From the human T2T-CHM13v2.0 reference genome, Homo sapiens: 64,000 nucleotides of DNA. The stretch lies in assembly GCF_009914755.1 (NCBI RefSeq), contig NC_060948.1; one strand, written 5' to 3'. The notes beneath the pieces are model-generated. The model was given only the letters and a program-made list of their open reading frames with translations. It had not been told where the DNA came from and searched no databases. How positions within the stretch are numbered: position 1 is the stretch's first letter; each line of letters begins with the position of its first letter. The translations under genes were made by a program, and so were the position numbers. This document shows positions 53,482 to 64,000 of the stretch, piece after piece.

Positions 53482-56400
53482 ATGGAATCAAATCAATGGA
53501 ATCAAATCAAATGGAATGGAAAGGAATTGAATGGAGTAGATTGGATTGGATGGGATTGGAATGAAATGTACTGGAAAGGACTCGAATTTCATGAAACGGA
53601 ATGGAATGAATTGGAACGGAATGGACTCGAATGGAATGGAATGTCATGGAATGGCATCAAATGGAATGGCATCAAATGGAATGGAATCGAATGCAATGGA
53701 ATGCTATGGAATGGAATGGAATGCATTGGAATGGAATGTCCTCTAATGGAATGGATTCGAGTGGAATGGAATCGAATATAATGGAGTCGAATGAAATGGA
53801 ATTGAAAGGAGTGGGATCGAATACAATGGAATATACTGGAATGTAATGTAATGAACTCGAATGTAATTGACTGGAATTGAATGTACATGAATGGAATGTA
53901 ATCGAATGGAAAGTAATCCAATGGAATAGAATCTAATGCAATAAAACCGACTCAGATAGAGTAGAATGTAATGGAATGGAGTGCAGTGCAATGGAATGGA
54001 ATGGAATGGAATGCAATGGAATGGAATGGAATGGAATGGAATGGAATGGAATGGAATGGAATGGAATGGGATGGAATGGGATGGAATGGATAGTAATGGA
54101 CTGGAGTGAAATGGACTGGAAAGGAATGGACTCAAATTGAAAGGGCTCGAAAGGAATGGAGTCAAATGGAATGGTCTGGAATGGAATGAACACGAATGTA
54201 ATGCAATCCAATAGAATGGAATCGAATGGCATGGAATATAAAGAAATGGAATCGAAGAGAATGGAAACAAATGGAATGGAATTGAATGGAATGGAATTGA
54301 ATGGAATGGGAACGAATGGAGTGAAATTGTATGCAGTAGAAGGGAATAGAATGGAATGCAAGCGAAAGGAAAGGAATGGATTGGAATGGAATGGAATTCA
54401 TTGGAATGGAAGGGAATGTAGTGTAATGGACAGGTCTGGAATAAAGTGGAATGCTACGGTCTCGAATGGAATAAAAATGTATGGAATGGAATGCAATGAA
54501 ACGGAATCGAATGTCATAGAATGTAATGGAATGCAAAAAAATGGAATCCAAAATCATTGACTGGAAAGGCTGGGTGTCGAAAGGAATTGACTCCAATGGT
54601 ATGGAATCGAATGGAATGGAAGTGAATAGAATCGAACTAAATCGAATGGAATGGAATTGATAGGAACGGAATGGAAAGGAATGCAATGAATTGGCATGGA
54701 ATGGAATCGAATGGCATCGAATGGAATGGAATGGAATGCAATGGAATGGAATGTATTAGAATGTAATGAACTTTAATGGAATGTACTCGAATGGATTCGA
54801 CTGGAATGGAATGTTCTGGAAGTGAATGGACTCCAATGGAATGGATTCAAAAGGAATGGAATCGTACGGAATGGAATCTAATGGAATGGAATTAAATGGA
54901 AATGAATCAAATTGAATAGCACGGAATTGAATTGAATGGAATGGAATGCAATGGAATCTAATGAAACGGAAAGGAAAGGAATGGAATGGAATGGAATGGG
55001 CTGGAATGGAAAGGAATCGAAACGAATGGAATGGAATCGAACTGAAGAGACTGGAATGGAATGCACTGGAATGGAAGGGAGTGTAATGGAAGGTTCTCGA
55101 AAAAAATGGAATCGAATGGAATGGAATTGAATGGAACGGAATAGAGTCGAATGGAATTGAATGGAATGGAATGGACTAGAGTGAAATGGAATCGAACCAC
55201 AAGGAATGGACAGGAATAGAATGGTCTCGAATTGAATGGAATCGTATGGAATGGCATCAAACGGAATGGAATGGACAGCCACGGAATGGAATGCACTCGA
55301 ATGCAATGGAGTCGAAACTAATGGACTGGAATAGAATGGACTCGACTGGTACGGACTCCAATGGAATGGAATCGAATGGAAGGGAATCGAACGGAATGGA
55401 CTCGAAGGGAAAAGACTGCAATGGAAAGGTCTCGAATGGAATGGAAATTAATGGAATGGAATGGAATCGAATGAAATGGAGTCAAAAGGAATGGAATCGA
55501 ATGGCAAGAAATCGAATGTAATGGAATCGCAAGGAATTGATGTGAACGGAACGGAATGGAATGGAATCCAAAGGAATGGAATAGAATGGAATGGAATCGA
55601 ATGGAAAGGACTCGAATGGAAATCACTCGAATAGAATGCAATTTAATAAAATAGGATCAAATGTAATGGAATGGAATGGAAAGGAATCGAAACGAAAGGA
55701 ATGGAGACAGATGGAATGGAATGGAACAGAGTGCAATGGTATAGAATGGAATGGAATCATCTGGAATGGAATTGAATGGAATGGAATAATATGAAATGGA
55801 ATGGAATGGAATGGAATGGAATGCCCTTGAATTAAATGGACTGGAATGGAATGGACTCGAACAGAGTGGAATGGAAAGTGTTGAGATAGAATGGAATGGA
55901 CTCCTTTGGAATGGTGTAGTATGCAATGCAATCGACTGGCAGGGAATCAAAAGGAATGTAATCGAATGGATTGGACTGGAATGCAACGGACTCGAATAGA
56001 TTGGAAACGGAATGCAAAGGAATGGAATGGAATAGTATGGAATGGAATGGAAAGGAATGGAGTGGAATAGACTAGAGTGGAATGGAATGGACTGGAAAGC
56101 AATGGACTGGAATGGAACTTTCTTGAATGGACTGGAATCAAACGGAATGGAATGCAATGCAATCAAATGGCATGGAATAAAATAGAATGAAAGAGAATCA
56201 AATGGAATTGAATCGAATGGAATCGAATGGATTGGAAAGGAATAGAATGGAATGGAATGGAATGGACTAGAATGGAATGGATTCGAATGGAAGGCAAAGG
56301 AATGGAATCTATTGGAATGGACTGTAATGGAATGGAATGGAAGGGATTGGAATGGACTCGAATGGAATGGACTGCAATAGAAAGGATTCGAATGGAATGA

Positions 56401-57040
56401 AAAAGAATTGAATGGAATAGAACAGAATGGAATCAAATCGAATGAAATGGAATGGAATAGAAAGGAATGGAATGAAATGGAATGGAAAGGATTCGAATGG
56501 AATGCAATCGAATGGAATGGAATCGAACGGAATGGAATAAAATGGAAGAAAACTGGCAAGAAATGGAATCGAAATGAATGGAGTGTTATGGAATGGACTC
56601 AAAAGGAATTGAATGTAATAGAATGGAGTGGAGTGGACTCGAATATAATGGACTGGAATGGAATGAAATCACATGGAATGGGAACGAATGGAATGGAATG
56701 GAAAGGAATGGAATCGAATGGAAAGGAATCGAACGGAAGGGAATGAAATTGAATCAACAGGAATGGAAGGGAATAGAATAGACGGTAATGGAATGGACTC
56801 GAATAGAATGGACACGAATGCTGAAATCGAATGGACTCGAATGGAATGGAAACGAAAGGAATGTCATCGAATGGAATTGAATGGATTGGAATGAAATCGC
56901 ATAGAATGGAGTGGAATCAAATGGAATTGAATCGAAAGGAAAGGAAGCGAATGGACTGAAATGAAATGGAATGGAATTGAATGGAAAGTAATGCAATGGA
57001 ATAGAATGGAACGAAATTTCACGGAATGGAATCAAACTGA
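53482..57040 (+). repeat. Macro-unit U16 (3559 bp; HaeIII/StuI site lost)
   Basis: caggtctgg at 54431-54439 replaces caggcctgg; pure (GGAAT)10 at 54018-54067. Confidence 0.9.
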
Positions 57041-60000
57041 ATGGAATCAAATCAATGGAATCAAATCAAATGGAATGGAAAGGAATTGAATGGAGTAGAT
57101 TGGATTGGATGGGATTGGAATGAAATGTACTGGAAAGGACTCGAATTTCATGAAACGGAATGGAATGAATTGGAACGGAATGGACTCGAATGGAATGGAA
57201 TGTCATGGAATGGCATCAAATGGAATGGTATCAAATGGAATGGAATCGAATGCAATGGAATGCTATGGAATGGAATGGAATGCATTGGAATGGAATGTCC
57301 TCTAATGGAATGGATTCGAGTGGAATGGAATCGAATATAATGGAGTCGAATGAAATGGAATTGAAAGGAATGGGATCGAATACAATGGAATATACTGGAA
57401 TGTAATGTAATGAACTCGAATGTAATTGACTGGAATGGAATGTACATGAATGGAATGTAATCGAATGGAAAGTAATCCAATGGAATAGAATCTAATGCAA
57501 TAAAATCGACTCAGATAGAGTAGAATGTAATGGAATGGAGTGTAGTGCAATGGAATGGAATGGAATGGAATGCAATTGAATGGAATGGAATTGAATGGGA
57601 TGGAATGGTATGGAATGGATAGTAATGGACTGGAGTGAAATGGACTGGAAAGGAATGGACTCAAATTGAAAGGGCTCGAAAGGAATGGAGTCAAATGGAA
57701 TGGTCTGGAATGGAATGAACACGAATGTAATGCAATCCAATAGAATGGAATCGAATGGCATGGAATATAAAGAAATGGAATCGAAGAGAATGGAAACAAA
57801 TGGAATGGAATTGAATGGAATGGAATTGAATGGAATGCGAACGAATGGAGTGAAATTGTATGCAGTAGAAGGGAATAGAATGGAATGCAAGCGAAAGGAA
57901 AGGAATGGATTGGAATGGAATGGAATTCATTGGAATGGAAGGGAATGTAGTGTAATGGACAGGCCTGGAATAAAGTGGAATGCTACTGTCTCGAATGGAA
58001 TAAAAATGTATGGAATGGAATGCAATGAAACGGAATCGAATGTCATAGAATGTAATGGAATGCAAAAAAATGGAATCCAAAATCATTGACTGGAAAGGCT
58101 GGGTGTCGAAAGGAATTGACTCCAATGGAATGGAATCGAATGGAATGGAAGTGAATAGAATCGAACTAAATCGAATGGAATGGAATTGATAGGAACGGAA
58201 TGGAAAGGAATGCAATGATTTGGCATGGAATGGAATCGAATGGCATCGAATGGAATGGAATGGAATGCAATGGAATGGAATGTATTAGAATGTAATGAAC
58301 TTTAATGGAATGTACTCGAATGGATTCGACTGGAATGGAATGTTCTGGAAGTGAATGGACTCCAATGGAATGGATTCAAAAGGAATGGAATCGTACGGAA
58401 TGGAATCTAATGGAATGGAATGAAATGGAAATGAATCAAATTGAATAGCACGGAATTGAATTGAATGGAATGGAATGCAATGGAATCTAATGAAACGGAA
58501 AGGAAAGGAATGGAATGGAATGGAATGGGCTGGAATGGAAAGGAATCGAAACGAATGGAATGGAATCGAACTGAAGAGACTGGAATGGAATGCACTGGAA
58601 TGGAAGGGAGTGTAATGGAAGGTTCTCGAAAAAAATGGAATCGAATGGAATGGAATTGAATGGAACGGAATAGAGTCGAATGGAATTGAATGGAATGGAA
58701 TGGACTAGAGTGAAATGGAATCGAACCACAAGGAATGGACAGGAATAGAATGGTCTCGAATTGAATGGAATCGTATGGAATGGCATCAAACGGAATGGAA
58801 TGGACAGCCACGGAATGGAATGCACTCGAATGCAATGGAGTCGAAACTAATGGACTGGAATAGAATGGACTCGACTGGTACGGACTCCAATGGAATGGAA
58901 TCGAATGGAAGGGAATCGAACGGAATGGACTCGAAGGGAAAAGACTGCAATGGAAAGGTCTCGAATGGAATGGAAATTAATGGAATGGAATGGAATCGAA
59001 TGAAATGGAGTCAAAAGGAATGGAATCGAATGGCAAGAAATCGAATGTAATGGAATCGCAAGGAATTGATGTGAACGGAACGGAATGGAATGGAATCCAA
59101 AGGAATGGAATAGAATGGAATGGAATCGAATGGAAAGGACTCGAATGGAAATCACTCGAATAGAATGCAATTTAATAAAATAGGATCAAATGTAATGGAA
59201 TGGAATGGAAAGGAATCGAAACGAAAGGAATGGAGACAGATGGAATGGAATGGAACAGAGAGCAATGGTATAGAATGGAATGGAATCATCTGGAATGGAA
59301 TTGAATGGAATGGAATAATATGAAATGGAATGGAATGGAATGGAATGGAATGCCCTTGAATTAAATGGACTGGAATGGAATGGACTCGAACAGAGTGGAA
59401 TGGAAAGTGTTGAGATAGAATGGAATGGACTCCTTTGGAATGGTGTAGTATGCAATGCAATCGACTGGCAGGGAATCAAAAGGAATGTAATGGAATGGAT
59501 TGGACTGGAATGCAATGGACTCGAATAGATTGGAAACGGCATGCAAAGGAATGGAATGGAATAGTATGGAATGGAATGGAAAGGAATGGAGTGGAATAGA
59601 CTAGAGTGGAATGGAATGGACTGGAAAGCAATGGACTGGAATGGAACTTTCTTGAATGGACTGGAATCAAACGGAATGGAATGCAATGCAATCAAATGGC
59701 ATGGAATAAAATAGAATGAAAGAGAATCAAATGGAATTGAATCGAATGGAATCGAATGGATTGGAAAGGAATAGAATGGAATGGAATGGAATTGCCTCAA
59801 ATGGAATGGACTAGAATGGAATGGATTCGAATGGAAGGCAAAGGAATGGAATCTATTGGAATGGACTGTAATGGAATGGAATGGAAGGGATTGGAATGGA
59901 CTCGAATGGAATGGACTGCAATAGAAAGGATTCGAATGGAATGAAAAAGAATTGAATGGAATAGAACAGAATGGAATCAAATCGAATGAAATGGAATGGA

Positions 60001-60584
60001 ATAGAAAGGAATGGAATGAAATGGAATGGAAAGGATTCGAATGGAATGCAATCGAATGGAATGGAATCGAACGGAATGGAATAAAATGGAAGAAAACTGG
60101 CAAGAAATGGAATCGAAATGAATGGAGTGTTATGGAACGGACTCAAAAGGAATTGAATGTAATAGAATGGAGTGGAGTGGACTCGAATATAATGGACTGG
60201 AATGGAATGAAATCACAAGGAATGGGAACGAATGGAATGGAATGGAAAGGAATGGAATCGAATGGAAAGGAATCGAATGGAAGGGAATGAAATTGAATCA
60301 ACAGGAATGGAAGGGAATAGAATAGACGGTAATGGAATGGACTCGAATAGAATGGACACGAATGCTCAAATTGAATGGACTCGAATGGAATGGAAACGAA
60401 AGGAATGTCATCGAATGGAATTGAATGGATTGGAATGAAATCGCATAGAATGGAGTGGAATCAAATGGAATTGAATCGAAAGGAAAGGAAGCGAATGGAC
60501 TGAAATGAAATGGAATGGAATTGAATGGAAAGTAATGCAATGGAATAGAATGGAACGAAATTTCACGGAATGGAATCAAACTGA
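57041..60584 (+). repeat. Macro-unit U17 (3544 bp)
   Basis: Anchor spacing 57041->60585. Confidence 0.9.
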
Positions 60585-63500
60585 ATGGAATGAAATCAAT
60601 GGAATCAAATCAAATGGAATGGAAAGGAATTGAATGGAGTAGATTGGATTGGATGGGATTGGAATGAAATGTACTGGAAAGGACTCGAATTTCATGAAAC
60701 GGAATGGAATGAATTGGAACGGAATGGACTCGAATGGAATGGAATGTCATGGAATGGCATCAAATGGAATGGCATCAAATGGAATGGAATCGAATGCAAT
60801 GGAGTGCTATGGAATGGAGTGGAATGCATTGGAATGGAATGTCCTCTAATGGAATGGATTCGAGTGGAATGGAATCGAATATAATGGAGTCGAATGAAAT
60901 GGAATTGAAAGGAGTGGGATCGAATACAATGGAATATACTGGAATGTAATGTAATGAACTCGAATGTAATTGACTGGAATGGAATGTACATGAATGGAAT
61001 GTAATCGAATGGAAAGTAATCCAATGGAATAGAATCTAATGCAATAAAACCGACTCAGATAGAGTAGAATGTAATGGAATGGAGTGCAGTGCAATGGAAT
61101 GGAATGGAATGGAATGCAATGGAATGGAATGGAATGGAATGGAATGGAATGGAATGGAATGGGATGGAATGGGATGGAATGGATAGTAATGGACTGGAGT
61201 GAAATGGACTGGAAAGGAATGGACTCAAATTGAAAGGGCTCGAAAGGAATGGAGTCAAATGGAATGGTCTGGAATGGAATGAACACGAATGTAATGCAAT
61301 CCAATAGAATGGAATCGAATGGCATGGAATATAAAGAAATGGAATCGAAGAGAATGGAAACAAATGGAATGGAATTGAATGGAATGGAATTGAATGGAAT
61401 GGGAACGAATGGAGTGAAATTGTATGCAGTAGAAGGGAATAGAATGGAATGCAAGCGAAAGGAAAGGAATGGATTGGAATGGAATGGAATTCATTGGAAT
61501 GGAAGGGAATGTAGTGTAATGGACAGGCCTGGAATAAAGTGGAATGCTACGGTCTCGAATGGAATAAAAATGTATGGAATGGAATGCAATGAAACGGAAT
61601 CGAATGTCATAGAATGTAATGGAATGCAAAAAAATGGAATCCAAAATCATTGACTGGAAAGGCTGGGTGTCGAAAGGAATTGACTCCAATGGAATGGAAT
61701 CGAATGGAATGGAAGTGAATAGAATCGAACTAAATCGAATGGAATGGAATTGATAGGAACGGAATGGAAAGGAATGCAATGATTTGGCATGGAATGGAAT
61801 CGAATGGCATCGAATGGAATGGAATGGAATGCAATGGAATGGAATGTATTAGAATGTAATGAACTTTAATGGAATGTACTCGAATGGATTCGACTGGAAT
61901 GGAATGTTCTGGAAGTGAATGGACTCCAATGGAATGGATTCAAAAGGAATGGAATCGTACGGAATGGAATCTAATGGAATGGAATTAAATGGAAATGAAT
62001 CAAATTGAATAGCACGGAATTGAATTGAATGGAATGGAATGCAATGGAATCTAATGAAACGGAAAGGAAAGGAATGGAATGGAATGGAATGGGCTGGAAT
62101 GGAAAGGAATCGAAACGAATGGAATGGAATCGAACTGAAGAGACTGGAATGGAATGCACTGGAATGGAAGGGAGTGTAATGGAAGGTTCTCGAAAAAAAT
62201 GGAATCGAATGGAATGGAATTGAATGGAACGGAATAGAGTCGAATGGAATTGAATGGAATGGAATGGACTAGAGTGAAATGGAATCGAACCACAAGGAAT
62301 GGACAGGAATAGAATGGTCTCGAATTGAATGGAATCGTATGGAATGGCATCAAACGGAATGGAATGGACAGCCACGGAATGGAATGCACTCGAATGCAAT
62401 GGAGTCGAAACTAATGGACTGGAATAGAATGGACTCGACTGGTACGGACTCCAATGGAATGGAATCGAATGGAAGGGAATCGAACGGAATGGACTCGAAG
62501 GGAAAAGACTGCAATGGAAAGGTCTCGAATGGAATGGAAATTAATGGAATGGAATGGAATCGAATGAAATGGAGTCAAAAGGAATGGAATCGAATGGCAA
62601 GAAATCGAATGTAATGGAATCGCAAGGAATTGATGTGAACGGAACGGAATGGAATGGAATCCAAAGGAATGGAATAGAATGGAATGGAATCGAATGGAAA
62701 GGACTCGAATGGAAATCACTCGAATAGAATGCAATTTAATAAAATAGGATCAAATGTAATGGAATGGAATGGAAAGGAATCGAAACGAAAGGAATGGAGA
62801 CAGATGGAATGGAATGGAACAGAGAGCAATGGTATAGAATGGAATGGAATCATCTGGAATGGAATTGAATGGAATGGAATAATATGAAATGGAATGGAAT
62901 GGAATGGAATGGAAAGCCCTTGAATTAAATGGACTGGAATGGAATGGACTCGAACAGAGTGGAATGGAAAGTGTTGAGATAGAATGGAATGGACTCCTTT
63001 GGAATGGTGTAGTATGCAATGCAATCGACTGGCAGGGAACCAAAAGGAATGTAATGGAATGGATTGGACTGGAATGCAATGGACTCGAATAGATTGGAAA
63101 CGGAATGCAAAGGAATGGAATGGAATAGTATGGAATGGAATGGAAAGGAATGGAGTGGAATAGACTAGAGTGGAATGGAATGGACTGGAAAGCAATGGAC
63201 TGGAATGGAACTTTCTTGAATGGACTGGAATCAAACGGAATGGAATGCAATGCAATCAAATGGCATGGAATAAAATAGAATGAAAGAGAATCAAATGGAA
63301 TTGAATCGAATGGAATCGAATGGATTGGAAAGGAATAGAATGGAATGGAATGGAATTGACTCAAATGGAATGGACTAGAATGGAATGGATTCGAATGGAA
63401 GGCAAAGGAATGGAATCTATTGGAATGGACTGTAATGGAATGGAATGGAAGGGATTGGAATGGACTCGAATGGAATGGACTGCAATAGAAAGGATTCGAA

Positions 63501-64000
63501 TGGAATGAAAAAGAATTGAATGGAATAGAACAGAATGGAATCAAATCGAATGAAATGGAATGGAATAGAAAGGAATGGAATGAAATGGAATGGAAAGGAT
63601 TCGAATGGAATGCAATCGAATGGAATGGAATCGAACGGAATGGAATAAAATGGAAGAAAACTGGCAAGAAATGGAATCGAAATGAATGGAGTGTTATGGC
63701 ACGGACTCAAAAGGAATTGAATGTAATAGAATGGAGTGGAGTGGACTCGAATATAATGGACTGGAATGGAATGAAATCACATGGAATGGGAACGAATGGA
63801 ATGGAATGGAAAGGAATGGAATCGAATGGAAAGGAATCGAATGGAAGGGAATGAAATTGAATCAACAGGAATGGAAGGGAATAGAATAGACGGTAATGGA
63901 ATGGACTCGAATAGAATGGACACGAATGCTGAAATTGAATGGACTCGAATGGAATGGAAACGAAAGGAATGTCATCGAATGGAATTGAATCGATTGGAAT
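60585..64000 (+). repeat. Macro-unit U18 (truncated by window end; local period 3564 bp)
   Basis: A homologous landmark at 60122 and 63686 gives a 3564-bp period. Confidence 0.9.

Larger units (their letters stand above)
1..64000 (+). repeat. DYZ1: Human Satellite 3 (GGAAT/ATTCC)n array, DYZ1 type (~3.56-kb macro-repeat, Yq12 heterochromatin)
   Basis: Diverged GGAAT pentamers run end to end. Landmarks (ggaattcattgg, gacaggcctgg, ctgggtgtcg, aaaactggcaag) recur every 3534-3608 bp. One conserved EcoRI and one HaeIII site per unit fit the classical DYZ1 ~3.4-kb HaeIII band and 3564-bp EcoRI unit. The Y assignment is from recognition, not a database search. Confidence 0.96.

Noticed and set aside
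1-64000. CRISPR-like or repeat-spacer array, or a prokaryotic system
   Set aside because: There are no unique spacers and no adjacent genes. The non-consensus stretches are diverged pentamers repeated in every unit.
1-64000. DYZ2/Alu, L1 or other insertion, or a strand inversion
   Set aside because: Every unit is collinear within about 40 bp of the typical length, the GGAAT strand never switches, and no non-satellite stretch was seen.

Overview
The whole 64 kb is one uninterrupted, single-orientation tandem array of diverged (GGAAT)n pentamers (Human Satellite 3). It is organised into about 18 head-to-tail macro-units of 3534-3608 bp, each with one conserved EcoRI site and, in 17 of 18 units, a nearby HaeIII/StuI site. 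This matches the DYZ1 repeat of human Yq12 heterochromatin. I see no genes, RNA genes, transposons, DYZ2/Alu segments, CRISPR arrays or inversions. All listed ORFs are artefacts of the stop-poor pentamer. I did not find a new protein-coding system. The informative signal is structural: (i) three in-register canonical heat-shock elements per unit (53 of 54 intact); (ii) a nested duplication history (3544-bp, 10,662-bp and 3559-bp events) readable from shared variants; (iii) a long-range paralogous patch 39,117 bp apart; (iv) four conserved pentamer register shifts per unit and a bias toward 15-bp indels. Units U1-U18 are anchored arbitrarily at the motif atggaatcaa(a/g)tcaatgg. Variant comparisons were made by eye and need alignment to confirm.
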